64,000 bases of DNA, taken from NCBI GenBank assembly GCA_964106645.2, contig OZ067042.1, one strand, 5' to 3'. Position 1 is the first letter of the stretch. The number at the start of each line of letters is the position of its first letter. The translations under genes were made by a program, and so were the position numbers. The notes below the pieces were generated by a model, which searched no databases, was not told the DNA's origin, and saw only the letters and a program-made list of their open reading frames with translations. This document shows, one piece after another, positions 52,601 through 63,600 of the stretch. The stretch is from Podarcis pityusensis (lineage: Eukaryota).

Positions 52601-54886
52601 ACTGTTTGAAGGATTTGATGCTTGGGAGTTGAAAGGCATACACAAACATGCCTTTTAAGGCATTCATTTCCCACTAGTATCATCTCAGGTTTTTGGAAAA
52701 GAGAATAACCACAGCCAGAACTCTCCATACGGTCCCTTCCCACTTCTCATAATTATAGTGTGTTATGTCTGCATTGATGTTAACACTAGGCAGTGCAAGT
52801 TCACGATCTGGAAACGAAAATTTAAATTGGTTATAAGTCCAAGGTCTTTGTCATAGTTTTGTCATGATATCTATATTCTTTCCTTCTAGATCTGATGGTA
52901 GAATTTATCATCACACACATGATGAAAGAGTTTCCCATGGATCTTTATGTGTAAGTAATAGTTGACTAAAGCATACTGAGGCATTTATTAACAGGCATCG
53001 CCTTTTATTTTATTTTTTTAAAAAACAGAATTATTTCCCTCCCCGAGGTAATTTCAGGAAACTCCCTAAGAGTTGTTCTTTTGTTCAATGTGCCAAGAAA
53101 TTGAAATTAAAATGAATTCCCATTCGGAGAGTTTTTCTAAATTACTTAATCAACAGAACAAGAGCAAAAATCTTGAGCTGTAAAGTATTTCGAAACACCA
53201 GGCAAGTGTGTGAAGCATTGTCCAGGAGAGATGGTGAAACACGGTGCTAATGGCCTATAAAAGGCCAAAAAGGAAAGCGGGTGGGGGGGGGCAATGCTTT
53301 GATGCCTGTGCATGCAAGAAGCCACTTCATTTTACCTGGCTTATCAGAACCATGTATCATATGTAGCTCTTGAGATGTTCTTTCAAAATTCTTTTGAAGG
53401 ACTATTTGAATGTCAGCAGCATCTAACCTTTGTGTACTGTGAGAGACTGGGAGATTAATCAAATCATTTTTAATGCTTCATTTCCCACAAATGCATTTGT
53501 GCTCGAAACAGTTTACAAAAAAAAAGTGTTACTGTTACTTTGCAATAGGTGAAGAACTCAGAAGTGATTATCTTTCAGCCTCCTGGCAAGTGTGCTGTGT
53601 GGTGCTGCGGGTTATTATCTGCAGGTTATCATCCTATCATCTCTATGAATACATTGCAGGCGGTCCCTTGGAGATTTGGTACAAGGTGTCATGCCAGCTT
53701 TATTTCTCAGTAGTGTTTGAATCAGGAGAGTGTATCTCTGGATCAGTGCCTGGACTCGGTGGTAGTCTGGGCAAGAAGAAACTGACTTGGTATCCTGGCA
53801 AGACAGGCATTGTGATTGGTTGGTTTTTGAGTCCAGATAATTGGTCAATTGCCTGCTTTGGACAGAGTTGTGCTCCTCCCAAAGGAACAGGTTTGTAGTG
53901 TGGGGTTACTCTCTTTGTCACCAGAGATGGACCCCAGTGGCCAGGAGAGACATTTTCTAGCTTTGGCTGATCAGACAGCTACAACTGTTTCTGGACCAGG
54001 GTAATCTGACAACTGTCAGCCATGTGCTGCCTATATGTGGATGTAGCTCTTTGTGGAATGGCCCTTGAGGTTAAACTGGAAGCTGTAGCTAGTGCAGAAA
54101 ATGACAGCTCACTTTGGCTGAATATCACCATCATATTAATGGACTGTTGAAATAATTCCATTGACAGCTCAGTACCTAATTGGCAAAGTTCAAGGTGCTG
54201 GCATGGGTGGAAAAAGGCCATATACAGCTGGGGATGAGGATACTGAAAACATATTCGCATCCTTATATACCCAGCAGTCTGAGCCAGTGTAGTGTGGTGG
54301 TTGAGTGCCGGGCTAAGACCTGTTGCAGGGATATAATGGAGTGGGGTGGAACAGGTGCACTACCTTGAGCTCACTGGAGCACAGGTGGGATAGAAACACA
54401 ATAATGAAATAATAATAAATATAACTGATCCCTACATTCTGCAGGAGGGGGAATCCTGAAGATAGTATCTTATAAGGAGGTCTGTAGTGCAGCGGCAGCT
54501 ACCCACTGGAACTCAGACAGGCACCATCTTCATTGTCTTTTTGGTGTCTGTTTTATGCGTGCAATTGGTAGCTATTTTTATATATGCAGTTGTTTTATAT
54601 ATGTTGTTCTTGTATTGTGAAATTTTGTATTTGTTTGGTGAGATCACTTTGATATGCCTTTGAGGAAGCAATTCTGAAATTAAATAACAATATCATTTTT
54701 ATGCAGCTGGCTCTTGAAAATTTGCCAGTGTTCCTGCACTGTATATCACAATTACATGCTGCTTATTTCATTAGGCTTTCCTCTCTGTTTTCTCCAGACG
54801 CTGCATTCAAATAGTGCACAAGCTGCTTTGCTACCAGAAGAAATGCAGAGTGAGGCTTCATTACACTTGGAGGGAACTCTGGTCAG
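20780..54886 (+). CDS. ARMH3: Armadillo-like helical domain-containing protein 3 (C10orf76); spliced CDS, 19 coding exons in window (1498 nt), 3'-incomplete
   Basis: Exons join in frame with consistent phases and GT-AG sites, giving [33 protein letters not shown] ... [11 protein letters not shown], near-identical to human ARMH3 as I recall it. Confidence 0.96.
21327..21383 (+). CDS. ARMH3: ARMH3 coding exon 2
   Basis: [19 protein letters not shown]; tttcag / gtaata. Confidence 0.95.
21526..21672 (+). CDS. ARMH3: ARMH3 coding exon 3
   Basis: [49 protein letters not shown]; weak donor gtgctg. Confidence 0.95.
22136..22243 (+). CDS. ARMH3: ARMH3 coding exon 4
   Basis: [36 protein letters not shown]; cag / gtgagg. 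Confidence 0.95.
23374..23507. mobile_element. hAT-type palindromic MITE (same family as 2586)
   Basis: GAACCTGTGGTCCTCCAGATGTTG ... GCCAAAGGTTC inverted ends. Confidence 0.6.
23564..23955 (+). mobile_element. tRNA-derived SINE (Squam2-like) interrupted by a hAT MITE
   Basis: tRNA-like head TAGCTCAGTGGCAGAGC (A box)...TTCAATCCC (B box); tail CCTATGTTCCTA; uninterrupted relative at about 31008-31143. Confidence 0.75.
23702..23887. mobile_element. hAT MITE nested in SINE
   Basis: TIRs CAGGGGTAGTCAACCT / AGGTTGACAACCCTTG; 8-bp TSD GCGTAGAC/GTGTAGAC. Confidence 0.85.
24040..24132 (+). CDS. ARMH3: ARMH3 coding exon 5
   Basis: [31 protein letters not shown]; tag / gtaagt. Confidence 0.95.
25235..25309 (+). 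CDS. ARMH3: ARMH3 coding exon 6
   Basis: [25 protein letters not shown]; cag / gtaagt. Confidence 0.95.
25851..25937 (+). CDS. ARMH3: ARMH3 coding exon 7
   Basis: [29 protein letters not shown]; tag / gtgagt. Confidence 0.95.
25979..27782. mobile_element. hAT (Charlie-like) MITE split by a LINE insertion
   Basis: Left end CACGCGTGTCCAAAGT vs reverse complement of right end CAGGGGTGCCCAAACT (12/16); 8-bp TSD CCCTAGGG/GCCTAGGG. Confidence 0.7.
25996..27622 (-). mobile_element. 5'-truncated, frameshifted non-LTR retrotransposon (RTE-X-like) ORF2 fragment
   Basis: Pieces encode [51 protein letters not shown] and C-terminal ERVCPC...E...C; 3' AATAAA plus ATTCATTC tail; clade assignment from motif pattern only. 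Confidence 0.85.
28151..28238. mobile_element. Short hairpin MITE (hAT-like)
   Basis: CAGCCTTTCTCTCAACCTTGTA ... TACAAGGTTGGGAGGAAAGCTG inverted repeat. Confidence 0.6.
29995..30327. mobile_element. Old hAT-like non-autonomous element
   Basis: CAGCGGTGGAGAAC vs reverse-complemented end CAGGGGTGGGTAAC (11/14); TSD decayed. Confidence 0.5.
31008..31143 (+). mobile_element. tRNA-derived SINE fragment (same family as 23564)
   Basis: GTTCAATCCCTGGCATCTCC...CACTGCCAGTCAGTGTAAAC...CTTCCTATGTTCCT. Confidence 0.7.
31732..31972. mobile_element. Tc1/mariner MITE, copy 3
   Basis: TA-CAGTGGTACCTCGAGTTAC ... GTAACTAGAGGTACCACTG-TA. Confidence 0.9.
32106..32133 (+). promoter_or_regulatory. Predicted CTCF binding site (core plus upstream motif)
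   Basis: CTGCAATAC-N5-CCACCAGGTGGCG. Confidence 0.55.
33035..33289 (+). mobile_element. Full-length tRNA-derived CORE SINE (Squam3-like)
   Basis: A box TGGTGTAGTGG, B-box-like GGTTCGCGTCT, CORE GTGACCTTGGGCCAGTCAC, (CTT)n tail. Confidence 0.88.
33851..34045. mobile_element. Tc1/mariner MITE, related subfamily
   Basis: TA-CAGTCATACCTCGGGTTAC ... GCAACCCGAGTGTCCACTG-TA. Confidence 0.8.
34734..35083 (-). mobile_element. Full-length Sauria SINE
   Basis: Minus strand GGGACGCAGGTGGCGCTGTGGG...GGTTCGAATCC...AGAGTCGGCCACGACTGG...(CCTTTA)n; perfect TSD TGATAAAGTAGGTA at 34720-34733 and 35084-35097. Confidence 0.95.
35799..35855 (+). CDS. ARMH3: ARMH3 coding exon 8
   Basis: [19 protein letters not shown]; cag / gtgagt. 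Confidence 0.95.
35995..36253 (-). mobile_element. L2 LINE 3' fragment with (TTA)n tail
   Basis: Minus strand encodes [15 protein letters not shown] (L2 ORF2 end), then 3'UTR and (TAA)n microsatellite on +. Confidence 0.85.
36490..38154 (-). mobile_element. Young 5'-truncated non-LTR retrotransposon (RTE-X-like) with uninterrupted RT to C-terminus frame
   Basis: ORF 36676-38169: [36 protein letters not shown]-terminal CAC...E...H...C; AATAAA plus (CTAT)n tail; TSD CAAGGCAGCATA at 36478-36489 and 38155-38166. Confidence 0.92.
38563..38606 (+). CDS. ARMH3: ARMH3 coding exon 9
   Basis: [14 protein letters not shown](R); cag / gtaagt, phase 2. Confidence 0.94.
39252..39312 (+). CDS. ARMH3: ARMH3 coding exon 10
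   Basis: [20 protein letters not shown]; tag / gtaagg. Confidence 0.95.
39320..39341. repeat. (GT)n microsatellite just after the exon 10 donor
   Basis: GT run. Confidence 0.9.
39558..39604 (+). CDS. ARMH3: ARMH3 coding exon 11
   Basis: [15 protein letters not shown](Q); cag / gtaagt. Confidence 0.94.
40299..40640 (-). mobile_element. A-tailed retroposed insertion (probably L1-type 3' fragment)
   Basis: 12-bp TSD GGACCCAGCTTT at 40287-40298 and 40641-40652; T-run and TTTATT at the left end, i.e. polyA and AATAAA on the minus strand. Confidence 0.75.
40784..40859 (+). CDS. ARMH3: ARMH3 coding exon 12
   Basis: [25 protein letters not shown]; tag / gtggga. Confidence 0.95.
41802..41829. repeat. 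(GT)n microsatellite
   Basis: GT run. Confidence 0.95.
43086..43182 (+). CDS. ARMH3: ARMH3 coding exon 13
   Basis: [32 protein letters not shown]; tag / gtgagc, phase 1. Confidence 0.94.
46248..46349 (+). CDS. ARMH3: ARMH3 coding exon 14
   Basis: (V)[33 protein letters not shown]; tag / gtaagc. Confidence 0.95.
48630..48835 (-). mobile_element. CR1 LINE 3' fragment
   Basis: Reverse complement of the CR1 tail (GGCCCATCT...TGGCCAACCAGATGCC...GGGAAGCC). Confidence 0.6.
49277..49335 (+). CDS. ARMH3: ARMH3 coding exon 15
   Basis: (D)[19 protein letters not shown]; cag / gtaagc. Confidence 0.95.
49571..49600. repeat. (GT)n microsatellite
   Basis: GT run. Confidence 0.95.
50572..50637 (+). CDS. 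ARMH3: ARMH3 coding exon 16
   Basis: [22 protein letters not shown]; tag / gtgagt. Confidence 0.95.
50751..50824 (+). mobile_element. Bov-B (RTE) LINE extreme 3' fragment
   Basis: GCCTGGCGTGCTCTGGTCCATGGGGTTACGAAGAGTCGGACACAACT plus (AAC)n tail; TSD TAATGTGGA at 50742-50750 and 50825-50833. Confidence 0.9.
51422..51491 (+). CDS. ARMH3: ARMH3 coding exon 17
   Basis: [23 protein letters not shown]; AAG acceptor / gtaagt. Confidence 0.94.
51537..51562. repeat. (GT)n microsatellite
   Basis: GT run. Confidence 0.93.
51565..51842 (-). mobile_element. L2 LINE 3' fragment
   Basis: (ATTT)n tail on +; minus strand resembles the L2 ORF2 end (WN.LP...K.FLF..). Confidence 0.6.
52890..52950 (+). CDS. 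ARMH3: ARMH3 coding exon 18
   Basis: (D)[19 protein letters not shown](V); tag / gtaagt. Confidence 0.95.
54798..54886 (+). CDS. ARMH3: ARMH3 coding exon 19 (last one found in window)
   Basis: [29 protein letters not shown]; cag / gtaatt. Confidence 0.95.
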
Positions 54887-57800
54887 GTAATTATTATTAT
54901 TTGCTTGCTTGCCTCTCTTCCAGTACCAGTTTATCCTTCTTGTCCCTTTGCAAGCTTGGTGTTTTGTTGTTCTAGAATCAGAATTACTACAATAACTGAA
55001 GTGTGTTGCCCATTGTCCTGTACCTTTCGAAGCATGATTGCACCAGGAAGTATAATTGTGGGGAAGCAAGGAGCAGGAGAAATAGCTGTTTAAATCAAGC
55101 TGTATAAGTGGTTTTCTTTAGGTCGAGCTTCCTCCATATCAGGTGAGAAGTTTCTATATAGGATCTGTTCTAATCGCTGTTAAATTTTAGAGCAGAAATA
55201 GGTGTGATCCTAACACGTGGGTGCTATTTTCCAAGTTTGGTTCTCCCTTTTGTCCCTGTAAGTTTCAGACAGATTTACTTTGAAATCTGATGTCATACTA
55301 GGCAATCCCCACTCATACTCCTCATCATTGGCTACTGCTGGGGGTGGAGAAAGGCAGGTAATATTCAGGTTTGCCTGAATATTAAAGAGGGGCGGTGGGG
55401 TGAGAACCTTGTGTCACGCTACTGTGTCCATACTAGCCCTAATCCAAGCATTGTAGCTCTGCCCTGGGAGATTTAAACTGAAATGGGGCATAGCAGTACT
55501 TAATAGACAGGCAGTGGACTGACTTTTGCCTCTGGAGGATGAAAAGGATTGAGCTAATCGGTTTGTCTAGCTTCTAATTCTGTCTTCCTGTTCTGTGCCT
55601 GGAAGCAGGACCAGCAAGTAATTTTTGAGTACAGCTAACTGTGCCCTCACCATAAAAGTTTTCATGCTTTAATAAAGAAGTTGTTATAGAAATGGTCTAG
55701 TCCTATTATATGTCCTGGGAACAATAGCTAATGGCTTGGTTTTTTCAATGAAACTCTTTAGGGAAGGGCAATTGGGAAGCTGCGTTAAATTAAAGCAGAG
55801 CTTTGTTAGATGGCTAGCAGTCTTGCCTCTATGGCTAACTGCAGCTAGGTGAAAATACTGCTGTTATCTGATTCTGCCTCAATCGTTTCACATTTCTTTT
55901 TGTCACATGTGGCTCCATTAGGTTTTCTAAAGCAGAGTACAGAGGGTGATATATCTTTTCTCTATTAATGAATTAGCAATATTTCTGTCGCCTTTGCTTT
56001 TGTCAGAGCTGTGGCTGGCACTGAACATTATGAGAGCTTTCCCCTTCTCTCTCACCCTGATAATGTTTTTTGCTGCCACTTGGTATGAACTTGCATATCA
56101 CGCATTTTGCGTTTCTAAGCATTGCTGGGGGAGGGCAGATTTGTGGGGCTGCTTTGGATAGCAGCTATGAAATATGTGTAACATCAAGCTCTGTTCAGTT
56201 GCACTTAAAGACAAGGCTGATTCATATGGCGAAGTACCAAACCATTAGCTAGCGCTTGTCATTCTTGGAATGAATAATAATCTGACAGTTATCATTTACC
56301 CTATACACACCAGTGGAGCTATATGCCTGGTGTTCATACAGCTTCTAAAAATACTGCTCGGAGGGCATGAAACATGCAATCCTAAAGGCTTCCTGATATC
56401 CACTCCTGTTGGCTCTCCAATTTGTTTCCTGCCTTTGCTCAGGTCAAAAGCAAGTTCCTCTTGTCTACTGCATTCTGCCAAAACACTGGCTTGTTGTTCC
56501 TAAAACTCTTCCTATGTATTTCAACCACCAGATCTGTCTCCTATTGTGTATCTCCATTCTGTTCTTCTACACGCCCACACAAAGTTTGTTCTTCTCTTGC
56601 TCCACTTTCTTCTTCCCCTACCTTTCTGTTCTTCAGAAGACTCCAGCAGGGAAACATTGCTTAAGTCATCATAAAGGAAGCACATCAGCGTGGTGAGACT
56701 TGCAGCTTTAGTTGCAAGGAAAGCCCCCACAGTGTCATACAACTAAAGAAAGTTAGATCAGCATATGCAGCACAAAGGTTTCTTGGGGCAAACCCCACAT
56801 GTTTAAACAGTAGCTGTGATCAGGGACATACTAGCCTCCCATCCAGCTTCCTGTTCACTTCAGAAGTCCTGGGCCTTCATGGTTTCTTATTCGGGTTTGG
56901 AGGAAGCCCTTAAGTCACAGTTTCCCAGTTCAGATATTCAGAGACTTTCTCAAGAAGCCAAGATAATTTTTCTGAAGCCAGATGTGAAAGGGACAAGGAG
57001 CGAACATGCGGGCACAACATGATTTAGCAGATCAAGACTGGGATGGCCAAACCAGGCCCAATATGTGTCTTGTATGTGTGTGTGTGCTGAACTTCCCTAG
57101 CCTAGGGCATACATGTTGGCATCCCCAACATAATGCATTGTATGTTAAGCTGTCCCTGAAGATTGTTTGGAAATGTTAACTGTCTAGCGGTCCTGTTTTT
57201 AATCAGTTAACTGGAACACATCTTTTCATTGTGAAAAGATCTCTACCTGTTTGCTTACAGGCATAATTCAAAGTGTTAGTGCCAAAACAGCTTGGACCCG
57301 AAGCCCTAAGTCTTTGAAACAATGTGGGAAAGTGGATGCTTTCAATGGGGAGTGCCCAGTTGCCCAAGTATGCTGGGAAATATGCTGGGGAAATTTTGCA
57401 GGGTCTTCCTGTACAGGATCCTAAGCTTGTACTTCGAAATGGCTCACTCAGTGTATCCTCACACACCTCTTTTTAACCATTTACTAGTGATTGCCTGAGT
57501 ACATAAGTGGAAATGGTCAGACCCATCCTCCCACTGAGAGTAGAAAGGGAAAGTATGGAGAGGTAACCTTCCAGCATAAATTAATTATGTCAGATAAGAG
57601 ATCCATGTATCTCAGAATAATTTATTTCTGTTTGATTTTCATTCCTGGATTATGCTGAGTAATTTCTATGCAATATCAGCGTATTGTCTTTTATTGACAA
57701 AGATGTTAATTTCACCCTATTTTTTGGTATTTGATAATGGTTCACTTTGATGTAGTGTAAGATTTGTTCTGTAACTTTTTGCTTTGTCCTGTTCCTGATG

Positions 57801-57929
57801 TCCAAACCTACAGTTTGATTTTGTTGTACAAATGTTGTCTTCGTTTGTATGGAGCAACTTCTCTCAATGAAAACAACATTTAAAAAACAAACAAACATTG
57901 GGATGAGGGTAATTATTAACTTGTTAATT

Positions 57930-58300
57930 ATGAACCTGTTTGAAATCTGATCTGTTTCAGAGGCGCTTCTTCAGGTGCCCTCCTTGTCAGAAATTAGGTG
58001 GATGACAGCTGGGAAGCGAGTCTTTTTAGTAGTAGCTCTCCATCTTTGAAATACTTGCTCCAGATAAACTCAAGAGACATATAATGCTATTTCATTTAGG
58101 AACCAGTTTAATACCTTTTTCATTAACAGTATTTTTCTTAAATTATGCTTCGCTATCCACTATTTTTGCTATGTTTATGTTATCTGTGTTTAATAGTGTT
58201 TTAATAATAATAATAATATTTTTATGTAGTTCTATAATTTTTTACTATTTGAAAGCTTTTTTAAAAAGTCAGAATGCAACATTAACAATTGTGGTGAATA
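57930..58300 (+). mobile_element. Degenerate L2 LINE 3' fragment
   Basis: ...GCGAGTCTTTTTAGTAGTAGCTCTCCATCTTTGAAAT resembles the RAFSVAAP.LWN motif, followed by AT-rich 3'UTR. Confidence 0.5.
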
Positions 58301-59992
58301 AAAAATATGTCATCATTTTGACTAGCCTGGATAGGGGTGTTCTGATCTGTGGTGGCATGACCTTTACAACAGCAGAATTTCCACTCTTGCTTTGTTACTC
58401 CAGCGCCAAGAACACACATTTTGTATTGTGAGTAGCAAGTGTATTTGTCAGACAAACATTGGAATAAAAAATAGAAATCAAAACACATGGATAAGGCATT
58501 GGTGCAATTTAAATCAATCAATCAATGCCACTTCAAGTGCTGCATTTTGTTCAGGATAACTCATGTTATGAAGGGTGTTGATAACCTAGCACTTAAAACA
58601 GTTGTATTGCCTTCACTGAAGTTCTGTATGTCCATATTTTTAAAGTAGAGTACTGTGTAGGTGTTAGCACAGTTTATGACATTCAGTGATCAGGTGGTAG
58701 ATTGCAGAGTATCCATTCACAGCAGGTATTTCTTCTGCCTGTGGCGTTGTGTGGCCAGGCACACCTCTGCTTTCACTTACATATACCCAGCTCCCTCTTG
58801 GCAAAATCCCATTGCTTTCTTGACTGATTGACAGCAAGCCTTCCAGCACAAGTAGTGTCCCCTGGTAATTGCCTGCCATGTCCATGAATTCTGGGGGAAG
58901 ACTGTGCCTCAGGGAAGTTTGATGCACTTGTTTGTAAGAAAAGAACATCTATTTCTAGAGCAAACTCTGAATCCATGAGTATCTCTCTGAAGGATGGTGC
59001 TGATACCTCGCTGTCAGACCCTATTTGTAAATAATCCTCTCTCTCACCAAGTGTGTTTTGATCGCTCTTGTGTCGCAGTTTGATTGGTGCTTAGTGTGGC
59101 TGGTTCCTGCATCCTGCTTAGCAAACAACCCCCTGCTAATCCCTTAGGAGATTTCTTCCTGGAGTTTTCCTACTTCCTGCCTTTGAGTAGTTGTTGTTAA
59201 GACATCATGGTATTATTACAAGTATAATGTGCAGGCCTCAAAAGAATTGCTTTGGAAGTGGAAAAATAGAAATATACTGCCGCCTTAGGGCAGTCTCAGT
59301 TGCTTTATGTGGAAAGTGTGTCTATCCACAAAGGGTTTGACCAGGCTGTGTTTACCTGATCGCATTCACTCTGGCGACAGTTAATTCTAGTTGCCTGTTG
59401 GCATTAAGGTACAAACCAGAGATCCTAGTGCTACGGTCTGCTCAGCTAGCTAGGTGTGCCTTATGCCATTGCCTGTGATGGCCTTACAGTAGATAAAGGA
59501 ACTTGAGGTTTCTGCTTGATTTTCTTCATTCAACCTGGTTGGTATTGCAGGAATAATACCTGTCTTGTTTCATCTAGCTACCATTGAGCATTGTAAGAAG
59601 GGTACTCTGGCTGAGTGAGCTGAGCCACTTCTGAAAGATGTCAGTATTTTTAGAAGTTTGTTCTGAAGAGTGGTTCACCAACTCCCTGCTCAAGCATTCT
59701 TAAGGAAAATAAGCTCTGTTTACTTCCATTTGTTCTGCCTTTGACTATGGACAGCAGTTGAATAATCTTTATTCTATTGTGTATTATTTTTGCACAGTAT
59801 TATTTTACTCTGTGTGTATATGTACATACTCTATATCGTTACTAAAATTGTACCCCAGCCTCTTCTCCCCAGTTTACCCTCTAGATTAAGTGCCTCCTTC
59901 TTTCAGTTTTGTCTCATACATCTTTCTTCTTAGCCAAGCCCTTGGCTCTCTTTAATGCTCTCTTCAGAGCCCTCTCCAGTTTGTCTAATATA

Positions 59993-60143
59993 CTGTATTT
60001 TTCCATGTATAAGACACCCCCTGTTTTTGGGGATTCCAAATTAAGAAAACACCCCCTCAGCACTACCCGTGTTTAAGACAAGCCCCAATTTTAAACCTAA
60101 TTTTTTGGTGAAAAAACCTAGTCTTATACACAGAAAAATACGG
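59993..60143. mobile_element. Tc2/pogo-like mariner MITE
   Basis: TA-CTGTATTTTTCCATGTATAAGAC ... GTCTTATACACAGAAAAATACGG-TA. Confidence 0.85.
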
Positions 60144-62717
60144 TATGTTCCTTCTCTATTGGAAGTTGATTGTGGTGGAAACTCTATTGAGAAACCTGCA
60201 GGTGGAAGCTGCTAAAGGAGTAGTTTCTCATAACTGATTTAATTATTGATTTTAATTGCATAATTAACCTTCTCAGAGCATTTAGTCTAGATTATTGTCC
60301 ATTATTTTGGACTTATTTCACCTAATTATTTCCGCTTCCTCAGCCAGCCAGCTTGAGGAATTAATATTTTACCTGTGGGATCTTGCCACCTCCCCCTAGA
60401 GGCCAGTGCATACATAACATTTGAGATTATTTTTAAATATGGTAAAATAATTGCGAGTGGACTAGAAGATGCTCTTAGCTCATTTCTCTCCACCACCCCT
60501 ATTCCCCTAATCTATCTTAATCTGTTTTCAGTGTTGAGAGTCACCACTACCTTTAGTGATTAATGCCAACTAGAATTTTACACTTAGCCTTAGTTTTGGT
60601 TAAAGTTGAAGTCTTCCGCTGCTTAGACATATTTATCTGAATACCTCTGTTTTGAAGAAGATTTGCTCACTAGCACCTGGATGGACTTTCTGCCAGCAGT
60701 AATTCAGTTGTCTCCATGGCTGCTCAGAAGTTCCTATGGTTCCCCCTTCCTTTCTCCTGCTGCTGGACTATGGGCAAAAAAAGCCAGTCTGGCTTGTCAT
60801 GTCATCTGAACCTGGGTCATGGTTTGTTTCCAAACAAGCAACAAACAGTAACCAAGGTTTGTTCTTGTCTCACCATTTGGGTGGGTGGGGGGAGCACCAC
60901 AGGGGCTTTTGAACATTGTGCACCAACATGCTGCTCATTCATGTTAAGTCATTTTTTTAATTTAAGCTATGGTTTAGTGTGACACACGGACTGGGCCACT
61001 GAGTCAGAGAACATACATTTGATGTCCAGATTTACATGCAGCCTTGCATGACTTAGCATTAACTTCTTTGCCTGCAACAGTGTGTTGGCATTTCATATAT
61101 GTTTCATTTTATTTTTAACACTCTCCTAAAAAAAGAGAGGTGACAAACAGCATTGTGCATGCAGAAGGGATTTTCTTCATTTTGAAAATCACCTGGGAAG
61201 GCCTTTTGTTTCCTTTCAAAAATCTGCACAAAGTCCATAGTTCTTGTCTTCTTCTCTTCTGAAACTTTGACCCTAGACAGGAGGTAGAATAAATCTGAGA
61301 ATTTTTCGTTCATTCAGGAGTTGAGTGCTGACATTAGGAACTGACATGATATGCAGTATAGAGGGATGGATTTGGTAGAGCACCTTTGGTAGAGATGTTT
61401 GGCTGCCGCTTCTTTTTCTGCTTTGAGAAGTGGGGCATCAGTAAGAGTTAAAAGTCCTGGAGCTGGAGTTGCCCCTGATTTTTCAGAAAATAGGCAAATA
61501 AACTCCCTCTCCAGAGTGCAATGAAAGACTTGGGAAAGTTGCATTTAGGGACTGGACCTGTGCACAATCCCTAATCTCTAACTATATTGCACCTCAATGG
61601 AGATAATGATTTTTAGCGCATCTTATACAATTTCAGCAGGGTGTTTCCATGTCTTTCTACCTGACCTGCTTTTGCCAAACAGTTATATAAGGTTTTGGCC
61701 TAGTAGTAAGAAGAGGCAAGCAGCAAATCCCACGAAGATGTTCTCTGTTCTGTTGGGCATTATACCACCAGCACCTGCCTTTGATGCAGAACTTTGTGCA
61801 AACCTTCCTGCCTTTCTTTTTTCCACTTTCTTGAATTTCCCCCCTTTACCCCCACCTGCTTTGCAGCTTGTTCAAATACCAAGAATGAAGTATAATATAG
61901 TATTTTCTGTTAGCATCAGGTTTCCATTCTACCCTGAATGAATTCTGCAGCTTGGTGTGGGTTCTATAGCTAGATAGTCAGGAGGTGGATAGTGGCTGGC
62001 CAAATAGCATACCACTCTTCTCAGGGGGTTCTCACAAAGGGAAAAGGACCCCCCAGCATTTCCCCCTGCTATAACAGACAGCTCAAAGCTCCTGCTGAGC
62101 ACTGGAAGTGCCGGTTTGCAGACTGATCTGAGCTGTGTGAGCTGGAGAGCCATACCAATTTGCAGCCATCTTAATAATAATAAAAAAATATTGAGAAAAC
62201 AGCTTAAAAGCAGGTTACCCTACTTTTTTCCTTTGGTTGCTTTTATCCCAGTGAGAGGAAATTGAGGGAGAGCAGTAATCTGGGCAATTAGACGAAATGC
62301 CACTGCTATCAGTTGTGGACACGGCCTGTAACTTTTGTACTGAGCTTCTAGTTTGCTCTTGCTTCCTAGTCTGGGGTACAGGTGGATGTTTTTGGGTCTT
62401 TTTTATATTAAGAGTTCAAATGGTAGCAGCCGGAGGAGTAGCCCCTTGAGAATGAATGAAGTACAGAATACATTTTTGTGCCCCTAAGTGGTGTAGTGTT
62501 TAGTCTCTTGCCTTTCTCTTTCTGTCTCTTTCTTCTTTCTCTCCTGCTGAGTGTTCAGCAGTTGGGGGACCTGAAATTGCTCTCAGTGCTTCAGGGAATG
62601 AGGATGCTAGGATATTTTGTGGCAACCAGCGACAGTTCAGAAAAGCTGGTGATTTTTTCCCCTTTGGAGATGCATAGATTACTGAGACTCTGCTGTTCTT
62701 TATAGCTGGGGTGTGTG

Positions 62718-62872
62718 GACGTAGCCAGGATTTATGTTAGGGGGGCAGGCTTTATGTGGGGGTGGGGTGGGGCAGAACCAAGGTATCTACAACACGACTG
62801 GTCAATTAAGTATTTTTATTTATCTACTAGATTTGGGTGCGGCAGATGCCACCCCCCCTGGATACACCCTTG
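62718..62872. mobile_element. DNA transposon MITE, family uncertain
   Basis: Inverted ends GGACGTAGCCAGG / CCTGGATACACCC with internal GGGGGGCAG / TGCCACCCCCCC. Confidence 0.5.
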
Positions 62873-62895
62873 CTAAGCACCAACCTAGATGACCA

Positions 62896-63152
62896 CCAAC
62901 CTAGATGGCTTTAAAGAGGATTAGACAAATTCACGGAGGAGGAGGCTGTTAACATTATTAGCTATGATGGCTGTGCTGTGCATCCACAGCTGGAGGCAGT
63001 AATGCTTCTAAGTACCAATTGCCGGAAACCACAGGAAGGGAGAGTGTTCTTGTGTTCGAATCCTGCTTGTAGGTTTCCCACAGGTATCTGGTTCTGTGAT
63101 AACAGGGTGCTGGACTAGATGGGCCTTATCCAGAAGACTTCTTACGTTCTTA
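62896..63152 (+). mobile_element. CR1 LINE 3' end
   Basis: CTAGATGGCTTTAAAGAGGATTAGACAAATTC (LDGFK.GLDKF, CR1 ORF2 end) through tail CTTCTTACGTTCTTA. Confidence 0.8.
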
Positions 63153-63156
63153 CGTC

Positions 63157-63600
63157 CTGCACTGGCTACCTATTCTGAGCCCAGTTCAAGGCTGATGTTG
63201 ACATACAAAGCCATACACAGCTTGGGGCCTGATTATCTGAAGGAACACATCTCCTCCTTGTATGTTGAGATCAGCAGTGGAGATGTTTCTGTCATCCATC
63301 ACTGGGTGAGGTGCATAGTGTGGTGACATGGAATAGGGTCTTCTTGGTGGTAGTGTCTTGTCTCAGCAGAAGCCTCCCCTATGAGGTACATCTGACACCA
63401 TCATTGTTCATCTTTTAGTTCCAGTTGCAATACATACCTTTTTTCTGGGCTATTATTGGTTGCCCAGTTATTACTGTACAAATTTTATTTTATGTTACTG
63501 TTTCTTGCTTGTTACATATTAGTGTGGTGTTACTGTAGCTTAGATGGTGTATTTTGCATGTTACAGTTTTTCTTGTTGTTTTAAGTGTAACCAAAGTGTT
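63157..63600 (+). mobile_element. L2 LINE 3' fragment
   Basis: LHWLPI ... LTYKAIHSLGPDYLKEHI, typical L2 ORF2 C-terminal motifs. Confidence 0.75.

Noticed and set aside
20882-54797. U12-type (minor) introns in ARMH3
   Set aside because: All donors are GT without the RTATCCTT signature
57787-57818. FLMSKPTV, resembling the next expected ARMH3 exon (LLKFLMSNETV)
   Set aside because: Followed at once by TGA, no suitable acceptor, no flanking similarity; the true next exon is presumably beyond the window
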